A DNA stretch of 64,000 nucleotides from Amoeboaphelidium protococcarum X5 (GCA_023515725.1 JALDTO010000069.1:47482-111481); one strand, 5' to 3'; shown: positions 26,132 to 40,600, counted from the first letter of the stretch. The notes: a model not told the origin generated them from the sequence alone. Made by a program: numbers and translations.

Positions 26132-26382
26132 GTGTCTACTTCTTTCAATTGGATTTTATGAGCATAGCATTTCTATCATTTTGCATCTGATATATGAATT
26201 GGTAATTGACTTAATATAGCTTTCATTTAATGTCTCAATTTATTTCAGCACTCTATTAGTCTTATATGCTCTTGATACAACCAAGTTTTGTTTCAACTCT
26301 CTTTGTTTTAAAACTCTCCCAGTCAATTCGCGTCAACTGCGCATACAATCCTAATACATTATTATAGTGAGGACAGATAGCC

Positions 26383-28363
26383 ATGAAGATTCTATGTGTG
26401 GCAGAAAAGCCTTCTATAGCCAAGGCTTTGGCCGCAATTCTGTCTGATAATAATTTTTAATCGGTAAGATATTAACTGAAACTCAAATTCATACGTCTTC
26501 TCTGTTCAACTATTGTAGAGATAAGGACAGCACAAGTATTGCAGAAATTTCTGCTTTGGATACAACTTTTAAGGGAGATAGTGTGATTTTACAGTAACAA
26601 GTGTTCTTGGTCACTTGATAGAGACAGATTTCTCTAAAGAGTATAGAAAATGGGGAAGTTGCGATTCAGCTGAGCTCTTCCGTGCCCCAATTGTGAAGAG
26701 TGTGCGCAGTGACGTTATGCAAGTGGCCAAGAATCTTGAGACTTAGGCTAAGTATTGTCAACAGCTAATCATATGGACTGATTGTGATCGTGAAGGTGAG
26801 AATATCGGCTAGGAGATTGCTAATGTGTGCAAGAGATCGAATCCTCGAATACAAGTGATGCGTGCCAGATTCTCAGTTGTGCAGAAGCGTGAAATTCTAA
26901 AGGCTATCAACCAGCTGCATTAAATTGACCTTCCGATGTCAGAGTCTGTTGATGCTAGGATGGAATTAGATTTGCGAATAGGTGCAGCCTTTACAAGATT
27001 TCAAACAATGATATTGAGTCCGTAATTTGCAGACTTGCAAGATTAGATTATAAGCTATGGCTCATGTCAGTTCCCAACTCTTGGATTTGTGGTTGAACGA
27101 TATTGGGCGCAAAAGAGATTTATATCGGAGCCATTTTGGTTTATTGATTGCAAAATCAAAAAGGGTTAGTAGACCGTGGACTTTAAATGGACGCGCGGAA
27201 GACTGTTTGATAAAGATGTATGCCTAGTGTTGTATTCTCGGTGCGTGGATGTAGCTCGAGCTAAAGTAATAAGCGTCACCTCATCTCCTCAACGCCACTA
27301 TCGTCCTCTACCTCTTACAACTATTGAATTGTAAAAGTTTGCCACCTCTTATCTCAAAATCTCTGGTCATGAAGTGATGAGTATTGCAGAAGACCTCTAT
27401 AATCAGGGATTCATCTCATATCCAAGAACAGAGACTAATGTATTTGAAAAGGGATTCAATTTACACCAGGCGATAGAGAAATAAGTTGCAGATCCCAAGT
27501 GGGGAGGATTCGCGCGAGAGTTAATGGCAGGGGAGCATGGAAAAGGAGGTCGATTCAAGTGGCCAAGATGTGGCAGTTCTAATGATAAGGCTCATCCTCC
27601 CATTCATCCCACCAACTACACCAATAACCTTACTGAAAAGAAGGCAGCCGTTTATGAATATATAGTCAGGCGGTTCCTCGCCTGCTGTAGTGAAGACGCT
27701 ATTGGTCAGAATACCAAAGTGCGCGTTCGTATGGCTGAATAAGAGTTTGAAGCATCAGGTAATCAATAATTTGATTCAATGGAATAAGTAAATCATTTAT
27801 TATATGTTGCTGTTGTAGGACTTATCATTAAGGAGAGAAATTATTTGGACGTATATAGATACGATAAATGGGACAGTGTCGACATTCCGGACTTTGAGTA
27901 AAATGAAGTGATCGAGCCAGAATCTTGCGAAATGCATCAAGGATAGACTACTCCACCTCAATTAATGACCGAAGCTGAATTGATAGCCGTCATGGACAAG
28001 AATGGAATAGGAACGGATGCCACAATTGCTGAACACATTAAAAAGGTGTAAGAGCGAGAATATATCTACAAAGATGGCTAGTATTTTCTACCGTCCAAGC
28101 TAGGTCTTGCTTTAGTTGAAGGATATGATGAAATTGGGTTCCACAAAAGTTTAGCTAAACCACACCTTCGCCGCGTCATGGAGCAGAGAATGAAGGACAT
28201 TTGTGATGGTAAGGCCACAAAGTAGCAAGTAGTCTAAGAAGGTGTGGCAATGTATCACGAAATGTTTGTAAAGACACGGCAAAATGAGCAAGTTCTATTA
28301 AATGCTCTCAACAAGTATCTTGGTGTCAAAAGAGCTAGAAACAATGATCTCCAAACCGTGTGA
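26383..28363 (+). CDS. TOP3: DNA topoisomerase III alpha (introns 26464-26518, 27759-27818)
   Basis: [34 protein letters not shown], catalytic [17 protein letters not shown]. Confidence 0.96.
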
Positions 28364-28434
28364 CTATCTATTGATTATTACTTATTTCTACATCTATTCC
28401 ATCTTTTATAAGCACAACATCATTCATCCATCGT

Positions 28435-28845
28435 TCACTCTTACATAGCATTAAATGCGTGTTTCAATTAATGAATCGAAGTTATCGAAGGCGGATTGCC
28501 ATATTTACGAGCAAGGAGCAGCTTTCTCGTTTCGCAGTAAGTTTAATCAATGCCCTCAGCCTACACAATCTTAATAATGTTATCACCTTTATCATCAATT
28601 GGAATACTTCGAGTACATTTATATGTACAATTTACCTCAATTTAACTTGCGTTTTAACTGGAAGGATTAGAATACTTAGCGAATAAAAGTTGCCTCCTTC
28701 TGCTCAAATAGAAATTGGGTACTTTGCCTTTGTGTCTCTTTGACTGATACACAAAATCAAGTCCACATACCTATTAAAGCGATGTGTTTTTCACTTATTT
28801 CTAATTCTTTTCCGGCTCAGTATTATTTGTTGCATTATCTGCCAT
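28435..28845 (-). CDS. Small hypothetical protein (136 aa) with a duplicated RxLLxxKYxNP motif
   Basis: Complete table-6 ORF; YLSRRRQLLFAKYSNP and YCETRKLLLARKYGNP. Confidence 0.5.
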
Positions 28846-28974
28846 TGTGAAATGGTTCGTTGATGATAAGAACAAGAATTGATCGTTAATAAAAATCATC
28901 CATTAAACTAAAAGTCAGCATCATTGAAACAAACAAATTACATAACGATACATGCCAACCGAGTCCGAAATACA

Positions 28975-30248
28975 TCAGCGCTTATACTCGGTCTTTACAG
29001 CAATCTTGTCAACTCTACACGAGGTATATAAATAAAAAAACGAGACAGATAAATGAACTTACTTTGAATAATCGATTGAGATGGACTTGTTGCCGCGTCG
29101 ATTGGTTTTAAGACGTCTCGCTTACGGTGCACGTCCTGATTTAGACGATCCTTGCTTTTTTCCGGCACCAGCAACTTCAGTGGATTTATAAACAGGCTCC
29201 AACTTTCTTTTACTAGTCTATCTCTTGCCAAGAATAGGCTTCTTGTTCTTTTTCACGTACTTTTAATCATTCTACAGTAGATATTATTGTGATTAATTCC
29301 GGATATTAAAACCATCAAGTCGACGAAACATCCTACCTCTTAATCTTGATAATCGTTCAATGGCTGGTCATCATCAAAAGTTGGCGGCTTTAACTGATCC
29401 GTTTATTCATCGACTTGATCTCCATTTTCTTCTTCATCTGCTTCCTCTTTAGCCGTCGCTTGTTTCAGACGCTGGTGAGGAGACTGTAGAATCAACTCCA
29501 AATTCAGACGCCTCTCAACAGCTTCAGTACTTTGAGAGTTTCTCATGATGCCTTTTCTCGCTGCAGGACTTTGGAATATGTTATACTCCTGAGTAGTCGG
29601 CTTAGCATCAACAGATTAGAATAGACGCTTCTTGACGCTGGATTTAACAGGTTGCGGTCTCGATTGACGCGATTGGACAACCTTCACAGAGACATACTCC
29701 TCCTCCTCGAACTGCTACTCTTCACGCTCAATCTTAATCTGTTCACTTGCATCATCGACAGCCTTCTCCTGAACCGTATACAACTTAGACATCAGTTTAG
29801 AGTTTGACTTATTCTTGGACCTGCATGGAGATTAAAACAATTCAAGGAGTCCACTACTCTACTTTACACCAGGAGTAGCAGCGATCTCTTCATCGTGTAC
29901 GGATTTCAGTTTTTTCAACTTACTCTCCAACTTGCTCTTGTTGTCTTTGACCACTTGGGTACTCTGTACTTAATCATCTTTCTATACGATTTTTTATTAT
30001 GGAAGCTTAGTACTATCAGACTTGGTCTTGTTTTTTAGTTTATTATAACTCTTATACTTCTTTACTACATTCACCGCGAATCATTGAAATCGAAACCAAA
30101 AAGTCCTGATCGTATGCTTACCTATGTCAGGTTGCAGATCAATGTCTTGTTTTGAAGGATCTCTGCCATTAATTTTCTTAAAGTTATTTTCCCATTATTT
30201 CAGCTCTTGCTTTAAAGTCTATAGCTCTTCCATACTACTTGTTTGCAT
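28975..30248 (-). CDS. SLD2: DNA replication regulator Sld2/Drc1 (RecQ4 N-terminal-like), intron-containing
   Basis: LKQELKQWENNFKKINGRDPSKQDI...KYKSYNKLK; basic KKNKK...KRQTSKR near the C-terminus; S/TP sites. Confidence 0.8.
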
Positions 30249-30749
30249 GCTGAATATGCGTAAAAGGTGAGGTGATGATGTGCTGAAACAAAGCCAAATG
30301 CTGAAGACGCCGAGGATTTCTCAGTGATGAAACGCGTCAGACTTTCTGCTGTTATTATTATGATTAGATTGTCTCATAAAGTCAATACTATCAAGCTGTT
30401 GAGAAGAGCGTTATATAAAAGCAAGATGAATTTCAGGCGTAAAACATAACATTGATGTAAGTGGCGAATCAGTACGAATTCTATCTACTGTAAGCCGACA
30501 CTGCGTTGGTCAATTTGACTGTCTTCATCACCACAACTTGTCATTTATCATTAATCTCATGTAATTATAAGTTGAAATTGACATATAACCATGAAGACCT
30601 CAAGCGTTTTTAACTTTATTGATTCGCAGTATACTGTAACTGTAGTAATCACAAAGTTCAGTTTCTATTCCTCGGTTGAAACAAATCGATTGAAACAGAA
30701 TATTATTGCACTCTTAAGACTTAAATACAGTACAATTTTTTTAAATATT

Positions 30750-31520
30750 ATGTTAAGTATTGCTAGTTCAGTGTATAAAAAGTGGCTTAAAGAAGTGCAG
30801 TAGGTGCAATAATCCGATTTGGAAGGTATAAAAGTGATAGCGGACGATGAAGATTTAAGCAAGGTTGAAGTTTACATGCTCGGACCAGGTAATTCTAGCT
30901 CACCGATAATTTAGGTGTTTATAATACTAAAAGTTTATGTAGAATTGACTCCATTTGATCATGGCTGCTTCAAGATCAAGATGCAACTAACCGATACTTA
31001 TCCCGATACGCCGCCAAAGTGCACATTTGTAACCAAGACGTTCCATCCGAATTTGCATCCACAGACTGGCGAAATCTGTCTAAATACACTGAAAAAAGAT
31101 TGGACTAGAGACACTACTATCAAGTAAATTCTAATTACTATTAGGTGTCTACTGATAGATCCTAATCCTGAAAGTGCGCTTAACGAGGAGGCTGGGAAGA
31201 TGCTGTTGGAGGATTACGGCGAGTATTGTCGCCGTGTCAAAATTTTGTGTGATGTTCATTGTCGCAGCGTCTTGTAAGAGTATAATCGCTTGATGCAGTT
31301 GAGCAAGAAATAGGGCGCGCTATAAGTCAGCGATGAACAAGTCACTGAATAGAATGCAGAGAATACTGTCCCGAGTACACAGTCTGCTGACTAAGTGTCA
31401 GAGTAGTCTGTGAAGAAGCGCGCCATTAGCGGGGAAGATGAACTTGTGAACAGCAGTAGTAAAGCTAAATCCGCGGTAAAAAAGTTGGACTCCAAGAAGC
31501 GTACCACAAGGCGTCTATGA
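30750..31520 (+). CDS. UBE2S: Ubiquitin-conjugating enzyme E2 S (intron 30889-30942)
   Basis: FHPNL...[12 protein letters not shown]; [19 protein letters not shown]; diagnostic C-terminal KKRTTRRL. Confidence 0.92.
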
Positions 31521-31582
31521 TCCAATGAAAATCCACAAACGCGTGTATTACAGTATATACATTTAGCTCATAACTCCCATCA

Positions 31583-32218
31583 TCAGTTCAAGTTATATGT
31601 AGATTTTCTTCTTTATTATAACGCCAGATATCCGTAGCGAAGTTCTTACGGTGTCAATGGGACACTATCATCATATGGAATGCCATTTTAAGCGCAAAAT
31701 CGCTGCCTCACATCAATCGCCGCTTCAATCACTTCGCCGACAAACATCTTGGCCGCACCACCAACCACAATGGCAACCTTTTCACTAACAGCACCAGCCT
31801 TTGCTTATGTCTAATTGCTCCCATTCAATGCATCGATAGTCTACTAAACTACTCTCCTAATGCCGCCTTTTGGGAATCCGCAACTTCTGAATAATTCATA
31901 TCGCTGCAATTGTCCTGGCGTCATCTGATCCATCAACATTTTCATTTTCTTGGCTTGAGCCAGAGCGCGTTATTGTTCATCAAGATCTGTATCTCCAGCG
32001 TTCTTATAAGGCGTCATCACTGGATCTTCTAGGAATGTATCAAATTCATCATCATCTTCCGCGTTGTTATCTTGGCCTTGTTAATTAGCTTAATGGACTC
32101 CCGCGACCGTGTTATCCTGTTCATTCGATGGCATGACGAGTCCTTACACAATGCCCAATTCATCTTCTAAATCGCTTCCATTCCCGCTCTACTTTGCAGC
32201 AGCTTTCTTTCTAGGCAT
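31583..32218 (-). CDS. TAF11: TFIID subunit 11
   Basis: MTPGQLQRYELFRSCGFPKGGIRR...VGGAAKMFVGEVIEAA histone-fold. Confidence 0.88.
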
Positions 32219-32339
32219 ATTATTTCAATACTTCAATGTAAAAATAATGAATTGACTAAAACAAAGAGTGGTGGATTAGACGCGTTGTGAAGAATAGAAA
32301 TTCCAGTAAAAGAATGGTAAGATTATCGCAATATAAAAA

Positions 32340-32808
32340 TCAAAATGGGAACGTGTTTGAATTCATAATATCGAGTGCACATTCCAGCAGATTGCCACTG
32401 TGCTTCTTCAAATACTTCTCAGCCATAGCTTTGGACATGTTGAATTCGCGCTTCAAACTCTCAATATCCTCCTTTTTGATCAGAATCTTATTCAATCTAC
32501 ACAAACATTTAGAGTTTTAACTTGATCAATTAATGACATTGACAAAGTATAAAATTAGAATACTTTTTAGCAGGTCCATTCAAGGAGTCAGCAGTGCCTG
32601 ACTGAGATGTCGTACCAGCAGGCTAACCTTTATCAGTTGACAGAAAATTCATGGCATTATTGATTTTGGACACGTCCAAAGTTGCTTCCTCTGAGAAATC
32701 AGTCACCTTTTCAATATCTTTCTAAGAATCCACTTTACTCTCATCAAGACTTAACTTGTTCAATTTCTGATTTTCCTCTTTCAACTCTGTTGCATTAGTG
32801 TCACTCAT
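32340..32808 (-). CDS. HYPK-like protein (NatA-associated, C-terminal UBA); intron 32497-32563
   Basis: DIEKVTDFSEE; IKKEDIESLKREFNMSKAMAEKYLKKHSGNL. Confidence 0.75.
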
Positions 32809-32933
32809 AATTGGTTGCTTGAACTTCTGTTGTTATTGTCGTGCACTTTCGTCTTCAAAGTGAAAATAAAAAAGTTCCTGACGAGGAATTCGACCACCAA
32901 CTTAATAGTGCAATCACTGTAGACTCCGTAAAA

Positions 32934-33479
32934 ATGGCTTCTCTACTTAAATCTCTGGCAGCTTACTCAGAATATAAGGATAGATACTTTAAGGGTACAT
33001 AAGAAGAGTATGCTGTGGCAATTAAGAACTCGGCTACGGTCTATGTTGGCAATTTGAGCTTCTACACTACCGAGGAGCAGTTGTATGCTGCATTCTCGCG
33101 CGTTGGCAATGAGGCTAGCATTAGAAAGATTATCATGGGCCTCGACAGGCACCAGCTAACACCATGTGGATTCTGTTTTGTTGAGTTTTATAAGCGTGAA
33201 GACGCGTTTAGTGCTATCAAGTATCTCAGCGGCACCAAGTTGGATGATCGTCACATTAGAATTGATCTGGATCCTGGGTTTACTGATGGGCGACAGTATG
33301 GGCGTGGCAAGAGCGGTGGACAGGTCAGAGATGAAATGCGCGATGATTTTGACGAAGGCAGAGGAGGGTATGGAAAGCGTGCCCGCCAACAGGAAGATTC
33401 GTCGTATGGTTATTAGGATCGCGGCGGCTACTAGAATTCTTACAATAATCAGCCGCGAAGTAAACGCTACAGGCAGTGA
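32934..33479 (+). CDS. NCBP2: Nuclear cap-binding protein subunit 2 (CBP20)
   Basis: [15 protein letters not shown]; [15 protein letters not shown]; [16 protein letters not shown]. Confidence 0.97.
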
Positions 33480-33966
33480 CTTATATGAGAACTACCTTAC
33501 TTTATTAAATGTTGAATATAATCTAGCTTTGACTTGCTTTTTATTGTTGTTGTTGTTGTTGTCGTGTTTTAACCGAATGCGATTGGTACCTCTTCGCTCC
33601 TTCTTCTTCAACTAAAACTTACCAACTCCGGACAATCCGTTGGTCGCGTTATTTATGGCGATTAACTACGCAGAAGGAGGAAATCAATTGCCTTTGCTTT
33701 ACTTAGTGCATAACATGACTTTAATATTGTGTTATGTCTGTAGTTTTGGCGCACATTTTATAGTCTACATTATCTTAAATTCCAGCAGTAATCATATGTC
33801 GACTCTATATTTGCACTTTCTTCATTTGATCTTGTTGTCACTTGTTTGCGAAGCGTAAAATCTAATTCAGACTTCATCTGTCACATCTTCATACCGAAAT
33901 TAGTTGCTGGCAACAAATCAAACTAAGAGAAGAAATTGGATGATACTTTATTCTATCACATAAATT

Positions 33967-35394
33967 TCATAATTTACGCAACGAAAAGATTGTCGATGTG
34001 ACCATAACAAATATTCCAAATGTAACCAGTACTGCGCATAAAACTAATCTGGCGGTTTAAGAGTGCTTCTGCTCAGATGACGCGATAGGAAGTACCTGAA
34101 TCTCAATGTTGTCCGCACTACTTACACTGGCAATATCCTTCGTGAGAAGTGGGGACTCAGTGCCACTATCGCTCTTCCAAATGTTACCTCTTCTGAGTCG
34201 AAGGTAGACTAGGAAGCCCGCAAGACCAGGTATAATGTATGCAATAAAAGTCGAACATATACCACCAACCAACTCATAAACAAGTCCAAGATTCTCCACA
34301 AGCAGCGCGATACCAACTGTCACTGCAAATATAAGTGTTGTGATAGAGTAAAACTACGCGTTATTCGGCTAGTGATGTCTCGATCTCAGTCCAAGCATTC
34401 TTAACACAGCATCTCTGGTAGGAAAGAAGGCCATTGGATAAGTGAGTATGAGAGAAAACGCGAGTATAAATCTGGCGGCATTAGCAACATGATCGTTCTC
34501 GGGGAAGGAATTGAGAATATTGTCTTTGACCTTTTCGCCAAAAGCCATGTATCCAACAACAGCTAGTCCTAGAGAGACCACCAAAGACACATTGGCTGAG
34601 ATGAAAGACGCCAGAGACCATCGCTTGATGTTTCGCCTCTTCAGAGCGCCGTAATTCAGAAACGCCGTCTGATTTGATACGAAAGCAAAGGCCATCACGC
34701 CTATGGCAGAGAATACATTCTTACCGATAAAGGTGTACTCACTCCTTGGAATTGGGTGAACTCCTTCAGCAGGATTGATGAAAACGCGATAGATAATTAA
34801 GGCAATCACAATGGGAGTACACGCGACACCAATGACGCTAACTTTGGCAAGTTTATTGATTTTCTTGTAAAGGACCAGTGGGAAGACAAACAGCACACTG
34901 ACCAGTACAATGATGAAAATTCGATTTTAAAGCAGTTAAGCGTCAGGTGCGTAGGTTGCCGCAATACTTGGAAATGAACTACCTAAAATAATAATGTAAG
35001 ACACCATTGTACCAATACCGTTAGTGGCAATAACAAGATTGACAAGCCAAAAGCCAGGCCGTCCAAGGGCGTGATTCGCAAGCCCAGCAAAGGAGTAAAC
35101 ATCCACCAATTCACCAGCTTTTATCATTAGAATAATAGAAGCACAGGATAGATACGCGACACATACGGTAAGAATAATACCAAGACCAAATCCAGCATTA
35201 CTCACCGCGTAACTAAGCCCAATGATACCCGCGCCGACCGTGGTGTTGACCAAATTAAACGCCACGCCGAGCACAGATGTATTACCATCATCTTGCAAAG
35301 GCTATAAAGTGGTGTCGACTGTTTAATAAGACTCCACTGACTATTTCGAGTCCCGGAAATTGTCCAACAATGGTTATCGATCCTGCAGTGTCAT
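33967..35394 (-). CDS. AAAP/SLC38 (Avt2-like) amino acid transporter
   Basis: FNLVNTTVGAGIIGL; AIGVMAFAFV; GYMAFG..VKDNILNSF; about 11 TM segments. Confidence 0.9.
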
Positions 35395-35615
35395 AATAAT
35401 ACTGTAATATCCTACAGGCAGACAAAGAGTGAGAGATTTTGGAAAAATTAAGCGATCGGGAAAGTTTAAGAGAGGCGCGCCGTGATTGGGCAATTTCCAG
35501 ATTGGACGAATCGGAGTCATTTGACATGCATTCACTCTAAAGGGTATTATCAAGTACTACAGGGGAGAATAAGGATATCGATAACCAATATGAATTTATT
35601 ATTTAAACGATTCAA

Positions 35616-36515
35616 TCACTTCTTCTTTGGAGCAGGACGATATACACCGACAACTAACGCGTGATCTCTCTCATAAGGCTCAAGAGTTAGCTGTTCCTGA
35701 GGCTTGATCTTCTCCTCTTGCATCTTCTTCACCTCCTTGGCGAAAACAGTTGCAGCATCAACGGTACTGTCGATACAGTTGGCCTTGATACTCACAACAA
35801 CATGACCGCCAGTCTTCAGGAAATGGCTTGCATTCAGAGCAACGATACGCGCTTGATCAGGCTGTGCAACATCAGCGAAAACGACATCCACCATAGGAAC
35901 CAGCATTCTGTACTTGTGTGGATGACGCGCATCTTCAATGATAGGGAGCACATTAGTTCTCTTCTTGGCCATATTGATCAAGTCACGTCCGGATCTGTGA
36001 GAGAATTCAACAGCGTACACCATACCCTCTGGGCCGACAATATCAGCAACGTGGGACACAGTGGTACCACTGGATCCACCCAAATAAAGCACCTTGGTAC
36101 CGGGAGCAATGTGAATCTTGTCAATACCACCGACGATACCGGCACAGAGCTTAGATCTAAACGGATTCCAGACGCGATATTCCACTTTAGTGCCATCAGC
36201 ATTTTCAACAGCAATTCGCTTCTCTCCGTACACAGACTCGCCAGGCACAAGATTTCTAGTGACAAGCAAATCTTCCTTACCACGCGCGATAAAAACACCA
36301 GCATGACGATGAGGCTCAATGATCACCTTTGGAGGAGCTTTCTTTCCACCCAAACCAAATTTGGCTCCACCGCGGCCGCCACCTCTTGGTGCACCCCTTC
36401 CACGACCACCGCCTCTTGATGCGCCTCTGCCTCCACCTCTTCCGCCACTACCACCTCTTCCACCACCAAAACCACCGCGTCCACCTCTTCCACCACCTCT
36501 GCTTGGGAAGGCCAT
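35616..36515 (-). CDS. NOP1: Fibrillarin (rRNA 2'-O-methyltransferase)
   Basis: RGG-rich N-terminus; [12 protein letters not shown]; [14 protein letters not shown]. Confidence 0.98.
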   Translation of the reverse strand: MAFPSRGGGRGGRGGFGGGRGGSGGRGGGRGASRGGGRGRGAPRGGGRGGAKFGLGGKKAPPKVIIEPHRHAGVFIARGKEDLLVTRNLVPGESVYGEKRIAVENADGTKVEYRVWNPFRSKLCAGIVGGIDKIHIAPGTKVLYLGGSSGTTVSHVADIVGPEGMVYAVEFSHRSGRDLINMAKKRTNVLPIIEDARHPHKYRMLVPMVDVVFADVAQPDQARIVALNASHFLKTGGHVVVSIKANCIDSTVDAATVFAKEVKKMQEEKIKPQEQLTLEPYERDHALVVGVYRPAPKKK

Positions 36516-37110
36516 ATCAAATATCGTGATGTTTTATTCGAGTTTAGTTTTTTTGACTATTTTTCTCAATCAAACAGTAAAAGGGCATCGACCGTGTTTT
36601 CGGCGTTTTCGGTTGAACTTCATCAGTTTTACCTCCTGAAAAGGATGTCCGGTGCGCTGATAGATGTCACATAGATTTGGCGTTGGAAATCTCGAAGCCT
36701 ATTGTAAGTGTAATATATATGATAGAATACAATTATAAAAGATTCACTTTCTTTGATTTTCTAGTCAATAAAGTTCAGGATCTTGAATATTCACTCAAAT
36801 CTGAATGTTATCCACCATTGGACTATCAGCGACACCTTCCACGAATCCACGCGAAGAAAGTACTGATAAAAGCATTCAATTCAGATTCAGACAGTCCTGA
36901 AATTACCGTTTCGAGAATGATATTAATTAGCTAACAATAGTTCACGCTTAAACCTGTTGATGTACAGGCAATTTTCTTTTCTCTTCCATTGCGTTTGATC
37001 CATAGAATGCACCATCAGTGGAATTTGCCTAATCAGTTGATATTCGCGTTCCAGTTATCGTTTTACTTTAAATCTGCAAGACTGAAGAGTTTGAACTTTA
37101 AACATTGCTG

Positions 37111-37569
37111 ATGGAGCGTGGAGATAGCCAGTAGTCTCTCAGCAATAAAAGCAACGATGATCTAGATGGTAATAATAACTATTCTTCACTCAATGAGAGT
37201 AATGCGAACACTCCAGCGTAAATGAGGAGACCATAGTCGCAATCGCAATCATCATAATCAAGGCTAGACTAATCTCAGATGGACAGAATCCTGAATCCTA
37301 CACGGAGAGCACTGAGATCGAGATTAAGATCTTCTATTATAGATCTCAATTAAATGGCCCGCTAGTTGGGGAAAGACTTGCAACCTGAGAACAAATCGTT
37401 TATCTCCAATGCAAGTAAAGGTGAACAGAGTTTGAGGCGGACATTTGATCACGTTGCCAATATGGGCACTCATTTGGATAGCATTTCGTTTAAACGCGCT
37501 CAGATTGCTCAACATGTAAAACTTTTAGATTAGATCACGGTCGGACTCAAATTGGAAGATATGGTGTGA
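37111..37569 (+). CDS. Coiled-coil protein, weakly BORCS7-like; start uncertain
   Basis: Table-6 ORF. LRSRLRSSIIDLNQMARQL...GEQSLRR...THL resembles the BORC subunit 7 pattern by eye. Confidence 0.4.
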
Positions 37570-37654
37570 GTAGATGTAGCATGAGTATTATAATAATAAT
37601 TATATTTTACATTCACTTTTGACATAAACGAGATCAGTACTATTATATTAGTAT

Positions 37655-40600
37655 TCACATCGACTGCGACAATCCTGACTGTACATTGTAAATTGGTATC
37701 ATCTGGTCCATTCCACCAAACGCCATCATTAGTTTATGCGGATGGAAAGCTACACAACTCACAGAAGCAATCCTTTATCCCATGAGGAGACCCTCATCGT
37801 TGTAGCGAATATTATTCCAAGTCGTATGCGAAGATGGAGAGGCTTGCATAACTTTTACAAATTGTAGCTCACTACCAATAGCCATCACGGGGGCGAAATC
37901 ATGAATAGCCATACAGGATACACTCTTTCCTCCATCAGCAACAATAGATTCTAGCACCGATGTGGTTCTGAAATCCAGTATCTTCACTACAGAGTCAGTA
38001 CTTGCAGATACGACCATCCTGTCTGCGCCGCGCTATTACCTAACACTCAGCACCCATTCTTTATGCTCCTCCATCTACATCACCATACATTGCCTCGAGT
38101 CGAGTCGCTTATCGTACGCGCGAACTGTACCATCACCGAACCCGGCTAAGAGGACATTATCATCGACTTCATCAAGACAGGTGAGACTTGATAAACTCTT
38201 GGTGGGAATGTCACAGTAGTTGAGCTATTTTACGGCAGACCAGAGACGAATCTAGCGTACATCACCACCAACCATGAAATCCCCTCTCTATTAGTTCCAC
38301 TTGAAAATCATTCCACTGCCAGTCTCATCTGGAAATAGTTCGGGTAAAGCTGTCCAAGCAGTCATGATCGCTGGCTTCTTATCTACTCCGATGCCTTCAT
38401 AAATTCGCATCTATCCATCATTAGATGCCACGGCAATCAAAGACCGGTCTACTTCATTTATAAACTATGCACAGGTGACGTGAGAAGCATTCCTATTGGG
38501 GCAAGGTACTTTGAAAGAGGATATCTTCCTATTTGATGATTACGTATAATCCCAAACTCTTATGACCGCACCATTGTGAACTGAAAGTAGCCAGTCTTCA
38601 ACAGCATGAAAGTTCAGAATTGAGGTGTTCAGCATTGCCGAGTCAATCATTGCCATCCTGTGCTCAAAGGGAAACTTTTAGCGTTGTTGGACCTGAGATC
38701 TAACTGAATCAACGACTCTTGTTAGATTATCCAATTTACTAACACGCTCCATGAACTGAGTACCTCCGGGCAAAGCCAAATCGCTCCGCGAAAGTACTGA
38801 TTTTCGGTAAGATTACAAGCTCAACTGCAAACTGAAGCTGGCAAGTGGCAGTTAATCCGATTCCTTGTCAAAACCAGACTATGCAACTTCTTGCTAACTT
38901 TTCTATTAAGATATTCGGTCTTTATACACTCGCAATTACCCCTACTCAGAAACGTTAGAAGGTGCAAATATCTTGTTGACGGAGCTTTGAAATTAGTTAG
39001 ATGTGAGTTTCTTGAGAGAACTTGTACGCTTTAAACTTTCTTGCAAAGACTTGGCATTGAATTACTGACTGTCGATGTAGGCTGACGACCGCGACTTGGC
39101 AGTGCTACCAATAGGGATTTTGTTGTTCTTCATCAATCTTCCAGGATCAGCCAGTGATTTACCAAAACCAACAGGGAGGGAAGCTGTAGAGTCTTGATTA
39201 TTAGATTACTGCAGAAGCTGAGCCACTGTAAGTGATGGACGCGAGCCACTATAATTCTAAATCTTGTGATCTTTCACCAAAGTGTGATACGTGATAAAGT
39301 CCACAACTAACCTCGCTTCTTTAGCCACATTTGACATGGCATCCATGGACAAGACGAGTAGACTTTTCCAAAGACATTGATAATAAGACTAATGCTAAAA
39401 ATTGGGATGTCTCTGCATAAATAGCTTTTACGTTAAATCCTTCTCAAATCCTGCCGATTAACTAGATAATGACGAGGACTATTTCAATGAGGATGAAGCA
39501 GAGTTCGAGTACGACTATCTCTTCTCACGCTCGTCTTGTAATAAGCCATGCGCAACCTCGATAAAAGCATCTGTATCTGAATGCACAACCTATGACAGCG
39601 CTGATATCAACTCTAATCTTACCATTGAAGAGGCATCACTACAACAGGAGAGTATAGTCAATCCAACAACTCTGCTATAATTTTAGAGCTATTTCTGAGT
39701 ATCGGCCGGTAATACGCTTTAAATACCATCTTTGGGAGCACTGAGCATTTAACCAAGAGCATACACAGCCGCACTTCTAACCTCTACAGCATCATCAGTT
39801 AATAGGACAAATAAATCTTCATGATTGCCCGTCTAGAAGGATTCAAGTCGGCTCTAAATGACAATTTGACAATACTAAAGCGAAGCATTGGAATTTGATC
39901 TACTTGTCTTACCACCAGAGTTAGCTTGCTATTTATTATCTACCGCCAATGAATGATCACCCAAGCTAACCAGAGAGCCTAACAATTAACAGGCTAGAGA
40001 CTAGACTTATGGACTTTTACTATCCAGCAACTTGATGACAATTTTCATAAATGATAAATCACCGCACTTCAATTGTAAAAGTTTAACTTACGCTGCCAAG
40101 TGCTTATGAGTGAACTTTATCAATATAAATAGGCACATCGCTTCTAGTTCTAGTGCATTAGCAGATTATTACCGCTTGCCATTATCAACATCTCCATCAT
40201 ACTGCTCATAATCATTATCCTGGGAAGTAAGTTGACTCAGTATGGTGACAAAATACATAAATCCACCACCAACAGAGCCGCTACTTAGTAAATCTGCTTT
40301 ACAGCCATCTACACCATCTACAAAGCCTTCCCAAGCACAAATCTTGCACCATATGAAGACCAGAATCATACGCAACTCCACCGCGGGAGATTGAAGAAGT
40401 TTGAGGACATATGGAAATATTCCAACATCCAAAGCTTCACGTACATTATGTGGCGATAGATCAAGATACCTGGACAATAGTAGTGAGGCACGAAGCCTAT
40501 GATGTTGTGACAGCAGCACTTGCAATATAATTGGCAAATGAGGCGACGTAACTACCTGTGATGTATCACTACCATTTTCATCTTTAGCATTATTCATTCT

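Noticed and set aside
30331-30337. MCB cell-cycle box upstream of SLD2
   Set aside because: Plausible, but ACGCGT is too frequent across the window for one copy to be informative.
35718-36639. Long plus-strand ORFs including a proline-rich one
   Set aside because: Antisense shadows of fibrillarin and its RGG repeat.
36645-37110. Upstream exons or a separate gene before the BORCS7-like ORF
   Set aside because: TGA codons occur in all plus frames and no convincing splice model could be built by eye.
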